Part shown: in pieces, positions 29,166 to 38,711 of the stretch
Numbering within the stretch: position 1 is the first letter of the stretch
How the letters are laid out: every line of letters begins with the position of its first letter
Position numbers and translations under genes: made by a program
Assembly: GCA_965248835.1 (NCBI GenBank)
Contig: CBDFLJ010000001.1
Span: forward strand, 2,144,001-2,208,000
From: Alphaproteobacteria bacterium
Lineage (GTDB): Bacteria > Pseudomonadota > Alphaproteobacteria > MPNO01
Direction: 5' to 3'
DNA: 64,000 nucleotides
Notes under the pieces: model-generated
What the model was told of the DNA's origin: nothing
Seen by the model: only the letters and a program-made list of their open reading frames with translations
The model's database searches: none

Positions 29166-30422
29166 ATGCGTTTGTTTCCATTGGTCGCAATCGTCGTCTC
29201 GGCCCTTGCCGTCACCACCGCGTGGGGGCAGGGCGTCCAGCGGATCGCCGCGGTGGTCAATGACGATGTCGTCTCGATCCACGACGTCAGGCAGCGCGCC
29301 CAATTGGCGATCTTCAGCAGCGGCATCCCCGACACCGCGGAGAACCGGCAGAGAATCGCAAGCCAGGTCCTGCGCGCCCTGATCGACGAGCGGCTGCAAC
29401 TGCAGGAAGCGAAGAAGCGCAGCATCTCGATCTCCCGGCGTGAGATCCGCGGCGGCATCGCCGAGATCGAAAAACGCAACCGCCTGGAGCCCGGCGCGCT
29501 CGAGAAGACGCTGCGCGACAACGGGCTGGGCTTTCAGACCATGGTCGACCAGATTACCGCGGGCATCGCCTGGCAAAAGCTGGTGCAGCGACGGCTGAGC
29601 CCGCGAATTTCCATCGGCGATGACGAGGTCGCCGAGGTGATCGCGCGCCTCAAGGCCACCAGGGGCCAGGACGAATATCGTCTGGCGGAGATCTATTTGG
29701 CCGTGGATTCGCCCGATGATGAGGCCGCCATCCGCCAGACCGCGGAACGGATGGTCGAGCAGATCCGCGCCGGCGCCCGGTTCGACGCGCTGGCGCGCGA
29801 GTTCTCCCAGAGTGCGACGGCCGCGGTCGGCGGCGATCTTGGCTGGGCGGCGCTGTCGGAAATCGACCCTGAAATCGTCGCGGCGATCAAGGAAATGGAG
29901 GAGGGCACGGTGCTCGATCCGGTGCGCACCCTGTCCGGGTTCCGCATCATCGCCCTGATCAGCAAGCGCAAGGTCGCGACCGCCGATCCGAAGGACATCA
30001 AGGTAACCTTGCGCCAAGTCTTGGCGCCGATCGAAGAGGGGGCCGGCGAGGGCGATATCGCGGCGAAGATCGACCGCGCAAATTCCGCGCGGGCCACGGT
30101 CTCGGGCTGTGATGAAGCGCCGGCGCTGGCCCGGCGCCTGGACGCCGAGACGCCCCTCGACCTCGGGACGCTGGCCATGGCCGACCTGTCGCCCCAGATC
30201 CGCAAGGCTATCTCCGGCGTCGCCGTCGGCGGCACGTCCGAGCCCGTGCGCGTGCCCGGCGGGCTGGTCATGCTGATGGTCTGCGACCGCCAGGCTCCGA
30301 TTGTTTCGCTGCCCGATGACCAGACCGTCCTCGACCAGATCCGCAACCGCCGGCTCGACCTGATGGCGCGGCGCTACCTTCGCGACCTGCGGCGCGCGGC
30401 GGTCATCGATGTCCGCGTCTGA
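29166..30422 (+). CDS. surA: Periplasmic chaperone/PPIase SurA
   Basis: Signal peptide, IAAVVNDDVVS, LIDERLQLQEA, F..LAREFS, GGDLGW, YLRDLRR.A.ID.R; upstream of pdxA-rsmA. Confidence 0.9.
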   Translation: MRLFPLVAIVVSALAVTTAWGQGVQRIAAVVNDDVVSIHDVRQRAQLAIFSSGIPDTAENRQRIASQVLRALIDERLQLQEAKKRSISISRREIRGGIAEIEKRNRLEPGALEKTLRDNGLGFQTMVDQITAGIAWQKLVQRRLSPRISIGDDEVAEVIARLKATRGQDEYRLAEIYLAVDSPDDEAAIRQTAERMVEQIRAGARFDALAREFSQSATAAVGGDLGWAALSEIDPEIVAAIKEMEEGTVLDPVRTLSGFRIIALISKRKVATADPKDIKVTLRQVLAPIEEGAGEGDIAAKIDRANSARATVSGCDEAPALARRLDAETPLDLGTLAMADLSPQIRKAISGVAVGGTSEPVRVPGGLVMLMVCDRQAPIVSLPDDQTVLDQIRNRRLDLMARRYLRDLRRAAVIDVRV

Positions 30423-30433
30423 GGCGGCTTAGC

Positions 30434-31477
30434 GTGCCCGAAGCCACAACGCGCCCGCTCGCCCTGACCATGGGCGACCCCGCCGGGATCGGCGGCGAGA
30501 TCGCGCTCAAGGCCTGGCAGAGGCTGCGCCGGTCCGACGACGCCGCGGTTTTCGTCTATCTGGGCGCACCCGACCCCCTGCGGGACCTGGCGGCCGGCAT
30601 GGGCCTCGCGGCCGAGATCCGCACGGTCTCCGCCCCCGCCGAGGCCTTGCGCGTCTTCGCCGATGCCCTCCCGGTCCTGCCGGTCGAGACCGCGGCGCCG
30701 GTCCGGCCGGGCATTCCGGACCCGGCCAACGCGCCGGCGGTGATCGCAGCGATCGATCGCGCGGTCGCGCTGGCGCGCGGCGGCGAGGTCGCCGGCGTTG
30801 TGACCAACCCGATCAACAAGGCGGTTCTCTACCGGCACGGCTTTCGCCATCCCGGACATACCGAATATCTCGCCCATCTGTGCGGCATCGCCACGCCGCC
30901 GGTGATGATGCTGGTCTCCGAGCAGCTCCGCGTCGTCCCGGTGACCATCCACCTCGCCCTTGCCGAGGCGATCAAAAGCCTCACGGCCGAGGCGATCATC
31001 GCCTGTGGCAGGATCACCGCGGCGGGGCTGGTCGACGATTTCGGCGTCAGCGCGCCGCGGATCGCCGTGGCCGGGCTCAATCCCCATGCCGGGGAGGCGG
31101 GGCACCTGGGTCGCGAGGAGATCGAGATCATCGCCCCGGCGGTGGCGGCGCTGCGGGCCGACGGTATCGCGGTCGCGGATCTGGCGCCGGCGGACACCCT
31201 GTTCCACGAGCGCGCGCGGCAAGGCTACGATGCGGTCCTTTGCATGTATCACGACCAGGCGCTGATCCCGCTGAAAACGCTCGACTTCGACGGCGGGGTG
31301 AACGTCACCTTGGGGCTGCCGATCGTGCGCGCCTCGCCGGATCATGGGACGGCTTTCGACATCGCCGGCCGCTTCATTGCCCGGCCGGACAGCCTGATCG
31401 CGTCGCTGCGGCTCGCAGCGCGGATGGCAGCGACCCGCGCCCGCGCCGAGCCGCGCCCGTGGAGCGTCCTTGCCTGA
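30434..31477 (+). CDS. pdxA: 4-hydroxythreonine-4-phosphate dehydrogenase
   Basis: [49 protein letters not shown]. Confidence 0.96.
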   Translation: MPEATTRPLALTMGDPAGIGGEIALKAWQRLRRSDDAAVFVYLGAPDPLRDLAAGMGLAAEIRTVSAPAEALRVFADALPVLPVETAAPVRPGIPDPANAPAVIAAIDRAVALARGGEVAGVVTNPINKAVLYRHGFRHPGHTEYLAHLCGIATPPVMMLVSEQLRVVPVTIHLALAEAIKSLTAEAIIACGRITAAGLVDDFGVSAPRIAVAGLNPHAGEAGHLGREEIEIIAPAVAALRADGIAVADLAPADTLFHERARQGYDAVLCMYHDQALIPLKTLDFDGGVNVTLGLPIVRASPDHGTAFDIAGRFIARPDSLIASLRLAARMAATRARAEPRPWSVLA

Positions 31478-32309
31478 GGCGCTGCCGCCGCTCAGGGACC
31501 TGATCGCCCGGCATGGCCTGGGCGCCAGGAAGAAGCTGGGCCAGCATTTCCTGCTCGACCTCAACCTCACCCGCCGGATCGCCCAGGCCGCGGGCCCGCT
31601 TGCCGGTCGAACGGTGGTCGAGATCGGCCCGGGTCCGGGCGGACTGACCCGCGCGCTCCTGGAGACCGAGGCGGCCCGGGTCATCGCGATCGAGCGCGAC
31701 AAACGCTGCATTGCGGCCTTGGACGAGCTCGCTCGGGCCTGCCCCGGCCGGCTGGAACTGGTCGAGGCCGACGCGCTGGAGGTCGATCTCTCTCGTTTCG
31801 GGCGCGACCTCGCGGTGGTCGCGAACCTGCCCTACAACATCGCCACACCGCTCCTGATCGGCTGGCTGCGGTCGATCGGCGTCATCGCCGCGATGACCCT
31901 GATGTTCCAGAAGGAAGTCGCCGAGCGCATTCTGGCCGCGCCGGGAAGCGCCGCCTACGGCCGGCTGGCGGTCATCACCCAATGGCTGTGCACGCCTCGG
32001 CATCTGTTCGATGTTTCCCCGCGCGCCTTCGTGCCCCCGCCCAAGGTCGACTCCAGTGTCATCGCCTTGGCCCCGCGCGCCGAGCCCCTGGCCCCGGCCC
32101 GCTTCGAGACCCTGGAGCGGGTGACCGCGGCGGCGTTCGGCCAAAGACGCAAGATGCTGCGTTCGGCGCTCAAGAGCCTGGTTGCGGCTCCCGGGCCATT
32201 GTGCGCCGAAGCCGGGATCGAACCCACCGCCCGCGCCGAGACGCTCCCGGTGGAAGCATTCTGCGCGCTGGCGCGCGCGCTGGGCTCCGACGTCGCAACC
32301 GAAAAATGA
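31470..32309 (+). CDS. rsmA: 16S rRNA adenine dimethyltransferase
   Basis: [47 protein letters not shown]. Confidence 0.96.
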   Translation: MPEALPPLRDLIARHGLGARKKLGQHFLLDLNLTRRIAQAAGPLAGRTVVEIGPGPGGLTRALLETEAARVIAIERDKRCIAALDELARACPGRLELVEADALEVDLSRFGRDLAVVANLPYNIATPLLIGWLRSIGVIAAMTLMFQKEVAERILAAPGSAAYGRLAVITQWLCTPRHLFDVSPRAFVPPPKVDSSVIALAPRAEPLAPARFETLERVTAAAFGQRRKMLRSALKSLVAAPGPLCAEAGIEPTARAETLPVEAFCALARALGSDVATEK

Positions 32310-32342
32310 CCATCGCAGCGATCTTCCCCGCGCCGAGCGGGC

Positions 32343-33017
32343 TCAGCTTTCCTCGTTGAGCCCCATGTCCCAGAACCGCGCCTCCAGCATCGTCGCGCGG
32401 CGGAACGTGGCCAGGAGATCCCCGAAGCGGCCCGGCCCGGCGCGCTCGGCTTCCAGCCGGTCGAGGCTCGCCATCGCCGATGCCGCAACCGCCTGGTACT
32501 CCTCCCCGGCATAGGTATCGATCCATTCGCGGTACGGGTTGGCGGCATCGGGAGCCTGCTCGGCCAGGACGCGGCTGCCGATCAGCGCGTAGCCGACGAC
32601 GCACGGCGAGAGCGCGACATGCAGGTCCAACAGGTCGCCCGCCATGCCGCGTTCCAGGACGTAGCTGGTATAGGCCAAGGTGGCGGCCGCCGCCGGCGTC
32701 GCGGCAAGCTCCGCCTCCTCGATGCCCCAGCGGGCGCAGAAGCCGATATGGAGGCCCATCTCGCTGTCGAGGATGGCCGAGACCATGGCGGCCGCCTCGC
32801 GGATCGCGGGCAGGGTATCGGCCTTGCAGGCGGCAAGCGCATAGGCGCGCGCGAGGTGGATCAGGAAGATGTAGTCTTGGACGAGGTAATGGCGAAAGGC
32901 GCTCTCGGCCAGCGTGCCGTCGGACAGCCGGGCGATGAAGACGTGCCCGGCATAGGCGTGCCATTCCTCGGGGCAGCCCGCCACCAGACGCCCGAACAGC
33001 CCGGCCGGCTCGATCAC
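32343..33017 (-). CDS. tenA: TenA family aminopyrimidine aminohydrolase (thiaminase II)
   Basis: GTL....FRHYLVQDY.FL, EMGLH, AYTSY, PCVVGY (catalytic Cys), Y.EWIDTY, LE..FW. Confidence 0.9.
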   Translation of the reverse strand: MIEPAGLFGRLVAGCPEEWHAYAGHVFIARLSDGTLAESAFRHYLVQDYIFLIHLARAYALAACKADTLPAIREAAAMVSAILDSEMGLHIGFCARWGIEEAELAATPAAAATLAYTSYVLERGMAGDLLDLHVALSPCVVGYALIGSRVLAEQAPDAANPYREWIDTYAGEEYQAVAASAMASLDRLEAERAGPGRFGDLLATFRRATMLEARFWDMGLNEES

Positions 33018-33021
33018 CGTA

Positions 33022-33354
33022 TCAGCCCTCCATGTGGTTGACGGTTTCCAGCGGCAGGCGCAGCTTCAGCCCGTCGAGCGCATCGGTGACGACGATCTGG
33101 CAGCCCAGCCGCGATGTCGGGCTCACCCCCCAGGCGAGGTCCAGCATGTCCTCCTCGTCATCGCTGGGCTCGGGCAGACGGTCGAAATCCGCTTCGTCCA
33201 GGATCACATGACAGGTCGAGCACGCCATCGAGCCCTCGCAGGCGCCCTCGATATCGATGTCGTTCTCCCAGGCGATCTCGAGCACCGTCTTGCCGGCCGA
33301 GACCTCAAGCACCCGCCGCGTCCCGTCGGGCAGGATGAAGCTTACCCTCGGCAT
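33022..33354 (-). CDS. 2Fe-2S ferredoxin (ISC/adrenodoxin type)
   Basis: CEGSMACSTCH, EEDMLD, SRLGCQ. Confidence 0.93.
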   Translation of the reverse strand: MPRVSFILPDGTRRVLEVSAGKTVLEIAWENDIDIEGACEGSMACSTCHVILDEADFDRLPEPSDDEEDMLDLAWGVSPTSRLGCQIVVTDALDGLKLRLPLETVNHMEG

Positions 33355-33381
33355 GGCACGGCGATGATCGGACGCTTCCGG

Positions 33382-34497
33382 TCAGGCCGCCCGCGCACCG
33401 GCGCGGTTCCGCAGCACGGCCCACGCCGCGGCGTAGCGGTCGAGGTCGTCATCGGTCGTCGCCCAGCCCATGCTGACGCGGACGGCGCTGAGCGCCAATG
33501 TCTCGGGCAGCGCCATCGCGGCAAGCACATGGGGGATTTCGACCTTGCCCGACGAACAGGCCGAGCCGGCGCTGATCGAGATGCCTTCGAGATCCATGGC
33601 GATCACCTGGGTCTGGCTGGCAACGCCGGGCATGGTGAGCTTGGAAGTGTTGGGCAGCCGCGGTGCGGCTTCGCCGATCACCACCGCATCGCCGGCGATC
33701 CCCCGGAGCCGCGCCTCCAACCCGTCGCGGCGCGCGTCGAGCGCGGCGAAATCCTCCAGCTTCGCCGCGGCGATGCCGGCGGCCACGCCATAGCCCACGA
33801 TGCCCGCGACGTTCTCGGTCCCGGCGCGCAGGCCACGCTCCTGGCCGCCGCCGTGGATGAAGCGCGCGATGCCGTCAGCGTCGCGGACCACCAGCGCGCC
33901 GACGCCCTGCGGTCCGCCGATCTTGTGGGCGGATAGCGCGTAGGTGTCCGCGCCCAGCGCAGCGACATCGACCGGGATCTTGCCGGCCGCCTGCACCGCG
34001 TCACAGTGGAGCACCGCGCCGTGCGCATGGGCGATCCGCGCGACCTCGGCAACCGGCTGGATGACGCCGGTCTCGTTGTTGGCCAGCATGACCGCGACCA
34101 CTGCCGGCGCATCGTCTTCGGACAGCATGCGCTCAAGCGCGGCCAGGTCGACGGTGCCGTCGGGCAGAGACGGGATCTGCCGGGCGCCGTCGGCGGCGTA
34201 GAGCACCGACTCGTGCTCGATCGCGGCGACCAGCACCCGCCGGCGTGCGGCCGCGCGCAGCGCCTGGTTGTTCGACTCGGTGCCGCTTCCGGTGAAGACC
34301 ACGGACTCGGGCTCGGCGCCGACCAGCGCCGCCACCGACGCGCGGGCATCCTCGATCTTGGCGCGCGCCGCCCGGCCGTCGGCATGGATCGAAGACGCGT
34401 TGCCGCCCTCGCGCAGGGCCACGGCCACGGCGTCGACGACTTCAGGCCAGACCGGCGCGGTGGCGTTGTAGTCCAGATAGACCCTTTGAGCCATCAT
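33382..34497 (-). CDS. Cysteine desulfurase (IscS/NifS family)
   Basis: YLDYNAT, NASSIH, ANNETG, DAVQA, SAHK (PLP Lys), GSACSSG (catalytic Cys). Confidence 0.93.
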   Translation of the reverse strand: MMAQRVYLDYNATAPVWPEVVDAVAVALREGGNASSIHADGRAARAKIEDARASVAALVGAEPESVVFTGSGTESNNQALRAAARRRVLVAAIEHESVLYAADGARQIPSLPDGTVDLAALERMLSEDDAPAVVAVMLANNETGVIQPVAEVARIAHAHGAVLHCDAVQAAGKIPVDVAALGADTYALSAHKIGGPQGVGALVVRDADGIARFIHGGGQERGLRAGTENVAGIVGYGVAAGIAAAKLEDFAALDARRDGLEARLRGIAGDAVVIGEAAPRLPNTSKLTMPGVASQTQVIAMDLEGISISAGSACSSGKVEIPHVLAAMALPETLALSAVRVSMGWATTDDDLDRYAAAWAVLRNRAGARAA

Positions 34498-34722
34498 CTG
34501 CACCCAGGGTTGCGGAGGCGAGCAAGCGCTCGGCGGGCGGGTGAATTTGGAGGCTTGAAATTTCGTCCCGCGGTCATGGTATAACGCGCTCGGTCGTCAC
34601 CATTCTCGGCACTCGGTTCCTGCCGACCGGCCGACCCGCGCGAGCACTCTAAGGCTGCGCCATGAGCTGTCAACCGCCCGGAAAGGCAGCGGTCAGCGAG
34701 GCGAGGAGGATCGGGACCCCAA

Positions 34723-35385
34723 ATGCCAGAGGTCATATTCAACGGTCCGGAGGGACGGTTGGACGGCCGCTATCATCACGGCAAGCTGCCCGGCGCGCCG
34801 ATCGCCATTATGCTTCATCCGCACCCGCAATATGGCGGGACGATGAACAACAAGGTCGTCTTCCAGATATTCCAGGCCTTTACCAAGCGCGGATTCTCCA
34901 CGCTGCGGTTCAATTTCCGCGGCGTCGGACGCTCGCAGGGTGTCTATGACGAGGGGTTGGGCGAGCTCAGCGACGCCGCAGCGGCGCTCGATTGGCTGCA
35001 GTCATGCAACCCGAACGCTTCGCAATGCTGGATCGGCGGGTTCTCGTTCGGCGCCTGGATCGGCATGCAGCTCCTGATGCGCCGGCCGGAGATCACCGGC
35101 TTCATTTCCATCGCCCCGCCCGCCAGCATGTATGATTTCACCTTCCTCGCGCCGTGCCCGGCATCGGGGCTGTTCATCCATGGCGATGCCGACGAGGTGG
35201 TCCCGCTGGAGTCGGTCTCCACGCTGGCGGAAAAGCTGTCCGCCCAGCGCGGTATTACCATCGACTACCGCGTGCTGCCGGGCGCCAACCACTTCTTCCA
35301 CGACCATATCGAGGTGCTGAGCGCGCAGATCGACGACTATCTGGACGCGAACTACGTCCCGACCCCGGTCGAAAGCGTCGACTAA
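34723..35385 (+). CDS. Alpha/beta hydrolase (conserved neighbour of Fe-S genes)
   Basis: HPHPQYGGTMNN, RFNFRGVGRS, GFSFG, GANHFF. Confidence 0.9.
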   Translation: MPEVIFNGPEGRLDGRYHHGKLPGAPIAIMLHPHPQYGGTMNNKVVFQIFQAFTKRGFSTLRFNFRGVGRSQGVYDEGLGELSDAAAALDWLQSCNPNASQCWIGGFSFGAWIGMQLLMRRPEITGFISIAPPASMYDFTFLAPCPASGLFIHGDADEVVPLESVSTLAEKLSAQRGITIDYRVLPGANHFFHDHIEVLSAQIDDYLDANYVPTPVESVD

Positions 35386-35409
35386 CGCGGGTTCGTATCC
35401 GAAAATGCT

Positions 35410-36480
35410 CTACGGCCGGAACAGGCGTCCGCCGGTCATCGGCGTCGGGACGCCGGTCGTGCTCGGCAGGCTCAACGGCAGGCCGCGCAGGCTGCGCACC
35501 GCGAGATAGGCGAACGCCTGGGCCTCGATGGCATCGCCCGACCAGCCCTGGCTCTCGACCGGCAGGCACGGCACGCCGAGCACGGCGGCCAGACGCGCAA
35601 TGATCTGACGGTTGTGCCGACCGCCGCCGGTGGCAAGCAACAGGCGCGGCGCGGCGGGCAGGTGTTCGAACGCGCGCGCGACCGCCCGGACCGTCACCTC
35701 GACCAGGCTGGCCGCGCCGTCGGCCGCGGGCAGTTCGGCGACCGGCGCGAGGTCGAAATCGAGACGGTCGAGCGATTTCGGCGGCGCCCGGTCGTAATAG
35801 GGATCGGCGAGATATCGGGCCACCGCCGCTGCGTCCGGCCGCCCCGATGCCGCGAGCCGCCCGCCCTCGTCATACCGCGCGCCGGTATGGCGCTCGGTCC
35901 ATTGATCGATCAGCCCGTTTCCCGGTCCCGTGTCAAAGGCGATGGGAGGCACCTGTTCGCCGATCCAGGTGAGGTTCGCGATGCCGCCGATGTTGAGCAC
36001 CGCGACAGGCTTTTCAAGGGGTGCGGCGAGCGCGGCGTGGAACAGCGGCGCCAACGGCGCGCCCTGGCCGCCAGCGGCGACATCGGCGGCGCGGAAGTCG
36101 CACACCACGGGGAGCCCAAGTGCGGAAGCCAGCTTTGCGCCATCGCCGATCTGTAGCGTCAGACGGTCCCTGGGGCGGTGATCGACCGTATGGCCGTGGA
36201 AGCCGATCAGGTCGACGGGCCGATGTCCGGCAACCAGCGCGCGCACGGCGTCGGCGTGGCGGCGCGTAAGCTCCGCGGCGACGGGTTCCAGGCCGGCGGT
36301 CCTGCCCAGCCGGTCGGCGAGCCGGCGGCGGAAATCATCGGGATAGGGTGCGGTGAGCCATGGGCCGAACGCTGCGATGGTCTCGCCGTCGGTCTGGATC
36401 AGCGCCGCATCGATGCCGTCGAGGGAGGTGCCGCTCATCAGCCCGAGGGCCCAGAGCGGCTCCGGCCCGTCGGCCGTCAA
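35410..36480 (-). CDS. anmK: Anhydro-N-acetylmuramic acid kinase
   Basis: GLMSGTSLDGID, GFHGHT, DFRAAD.AAGGQGAPL, NIGGIAN, FDTGPGN, EAQAFAYLA; TTG start overlaps the upstream stop. Confidence 0.93.
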   Translation of the reverse strand: MTADGPEPLWALGLMSGTSLDGIDAALIQTDGETIAAFGPWLTAPYPDDFRRRLADRLGRTAGLEPVAAELTRRHADAVRALVAGHRPVDLIGFHGHTVDHRPRDRLTLQIGDGAKLASALGLPVVCDFRAADVAAGGQGAPLAPLFHAALAAPLEKPVAVLNIGGIANLTWIGEQVPPIAFDTGPGNGLIDQWTERHTGARYDEGGRLAASGRPDAAAVARYLADPYYDRAPPKSLDRLDFDLAPVAELPAADGAASLVEVTVRAVARAFEHLPAAPRLLLATGGGRHNRQIIARLAAVLGVPCLPVESQGWSGDAIEAQAFAYLAVRSLRGLPLSLPSTTGVPTPMTGGRLFRP

Positions 36481-37346
36481 ACTTCCGGGTCCGTCGACAG
36501 GTAGTGGTCGATGATCTCCGATCCGGTGGCGCACCACACGCCCTCGTGGCCGCAGATATACGCCAGCGCGGAGTCGAGCGCGTGGATCCGGTGCGGGACC
36601 CCGATGATGAACGGGTGCAGGCAGATCGCCATCACCCGGCCGGACTCCGCGCCCTCGCGGTAGAGCACGTCGAACTGGCGGCGTATCATCGCCTCGAACT
36701 CGTCCGAACTCCTGCCCTGGCGCATCATCTGGGGCAAGTCGTTGATCTCGCCCGAATAGGGGATCGAGGCAATGCGCCTGCCGCCCACGTCCATCAGGTA
36801 GGGCTGGTCGTCGTTGATCCAGTCCGCAACATAGTCCGCGCCGGCGTCGATCAGGTTCTCCAGCGTGTGCCAGCTCTCCTGCAACCCCGATGACAGCCAG
36901 CCGCGCGGCCGCCTGCCTGTGGCCGCCTCGATCCGCTCGAAGGTGCGCATGACCACCGCCCGCTCCTCGTCGGGCTCCATCAGGTGCAGATAGCGAGAGT
37001 TGCTTTCGTTGTGGCCCATGAACTCCCAATCGAGCGCCTTGGCGTCCTCGATGATTTCCGGATAGTCGTCGCACACCTCGCTGTTGAGCGCGACGGTGCC
37101 ACGCACCCCGTGTCGGGCCATCACCTCCATCATGCGGAAGATGCCGACCCGCGCGCCGTAGTCCCGCGGCGCCCAGTTTATGATGTCGTGCGCTTTGCCG
37201 GTGCCGCCGGGCACCGGCTCGTCGAGCGGGAAGATCTCGATATTGGGGATCACCCACAGCGCCAGGCGCGCCCCGCCCGGCCATTCTAGCTTGGGTCGCC
37301 GATTGATGGGGACATAGCGGAAGGGTCCGTAGCGCTGCGGTTCCAT
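36477..37346 (-). CDS. Polysaccharide deacetylase (CE4) family, PuuE/allantoinase-like hydrolase
   Basis: WPGGARLA, DYGARVG.FR, WEFMGH, RPRGWL, DDQPY, LHPF..G.PHR. Confidence 0.85.
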   Translation of the reverse strand: MEPQRYGPFRYVPINRRPKLEWPGGARLALWVIPNIEIFPLDEPVPGGTGKAHDIINWAPRDYGARVGIFRMMEVMARHGVRGTVALNSEVCDDYPEIIEDAKALDWEFMGHNESNSRYLHLMEPDEERAVVMRTFERIEAATGRRPRGWLSSGLQESWHTLENLIDAGADYVADWINDDQPYLMDVGGRRIASIPYSGEINDLPQMMRQGRSSDEFEAMIRRQFDVLYREGAESGRVMAICLHPFIIGVPHRIHALDSALAYICGHEGVWCATGSEIIDHYLSTDPEV

Positions 37347-37432
37347 GGGCGGTCTCCCTTTGCGGCGAAGCGGCGATGTTACCCCGGCCCCGGCTGTTTT
37401 CCCAGCCGGTCGGGTTGTGCTAAGGAGCGCCC

Positions 37433-38689
37433 ATGACCGGCCACCGATCGGACTTCATGCGGACCGTCGCCGCGCGCGGCTTCGTCCATCAATGCACCGA
37501 CGCCGAGGGGCTCGACGCTCTGCTCGCCGAAGAACCGCCCAAGGTCTGCTATATCGGCTTCGACTGCACCGCCGACAGCCTGCATGTCGGCTCGCTGGTG
37601 CCGATCATGCTGCTGCGCTGGTGGCAGCACTGCGGTCACAAGCCGATCGTGCTGATGGGCGGCGGGACGACCAAGGTGGGCGACCCCTCGGGCAAGGACG
37701 ACACCCGCCAGCTCCTGGACGAGGCGCAGATCGCCTGCAACATGGCGGGCATCAAGCGCGTCTTCGCCCAGTTCCTCACCTTCGGGGACGGGCCGACGGA
37801 TGCGGTGATGATTGACAACGCCGATTGGCTGGACGCGCTCGCCTATATCGCGTTCCTGCGCGAATACGGCCGCCACTTCTCGGTCAACCGGATGCTGGGA
37901 TTCGACTCGGTCAGGCTCCGGCTCGAGCGCGAGCAGCCGCTGAGCTTTCTCGAGTTCAATTACATGGTGCTCCAGGCCTACGACTTCCTGGAGCTCAGCC
38001 GCCGGACCGGATGCGTGCTCCAGATGGGTGGATCCGATCAATGGGGCAACATCGTCTCGGGCATAGAGCTCGGCCGCAGGCTGGACGGCGTGCAGCTCTT
38101 CGGGCTGACCTCGCCGCTGATCACCACCGTTTCGGGCGAGAAGATGGGCAAGACCGCCGGCGGCGCGGTCTGGCTCAACGCCGAACGGGTCAGCCCTTAC
38201 GACTACTCCCAATTCTGGCGCAACACCGCCGATGAAGACGTCGGGCGCTTCCTGCGGCTTTTCACCACCCTGCCCGAGGACGAGATCGCCCGGCTCGAAG
38301 CGCTGGAGGATGCCGAGATCAACCAGGCCAAGAAGGTGCTGGCCCGGGAATGCACCGCACTGTGCCACGGCGCGCAGGCGGCGGACGAGGCGGCCGAAAC
38401 CGCCCGGGCGACCTTCGAGGAGGGTGCGCCAGGGCAGGGCTTGCCGCGCCTGGCGTTGCCGCGTGCCGAACTCGCGACCGGCATCCCGGCCTTCGAGATC
38501 CTGCAGCGTGCCGGCCTTGCCGGGTCCAAGGGCGATGCACGGCGGCTGATCCGCGGCGGCGGCGGGCGGCTCAACGACCGGCCGTTCGCCAACGAGATGC
38601 AGCCGGTCTCGCTCGCCGACCTCTCGGCCGAGGGGATCATCAAGCTTTCGGCCGGCCGGAAGAAGCACGTCATCGTCGAGCCCGCCTGA
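37433..38689 (+). CDS. tyrS: Tyrosine-tRNA ligase
   Basis: [39 protein letters not shown]. Confidence 0.97.
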   Translation: MTGHRSDFMRTVAARGFVHQCTDAEGLDALLAEEPPKVCYIGFDCTADSLHVGSLVPIMLLRWWQHCGHKPIVLMGGGTTKVGDPSGKDDTRQLLDEAQIACNMAGIKRVFAQFLTFGDGPTDAVMIDNADWLDALAYIAFLREYGRHFSVNRMLGFDSVRLRLEREQPLSFLEFNYMVLQAYDFLELSRRTGCVLQMGGSDQWGNIVSGIELGRRLDGVQLFGLTSPLITTVSGEKMGKTAGGAVWLNAERVSPYDYSQFWRNTADEDVGRFLRLFTTLPEDEIARLEALEDAEINQAKKVLARECTALCHGAQAADEAAETARATFEEGAPGQGLPRLALPRAELATGIPAFEILQRAGLAGSKGDARRLIRGGGGRLNDRPFANEMQPVSLADLSAEGIIKLSAGRKKHVIVEPA

Positions 38690-38711
38690 AGCGTGTTCCG
38701 AACAAGCTCTA
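38687..38711. repeat. 25-bp palindromic element, copy 2 (TGAAGCGTGTT-CCG-AACAAGCTCTA)
   Basis: Same length and core as 3355-3379; its ends are the tyrS TGA and the TAG of the AsmA-like gene. Confidence 0.72.

Noticed and set aside
35410-37284. Possible deacetylase-AnmK fusion (624-aa ORF)
   Set aside because: The upstream part is an alternate frame of the CE4 gene; there are two genes with a 4-nt overlap.
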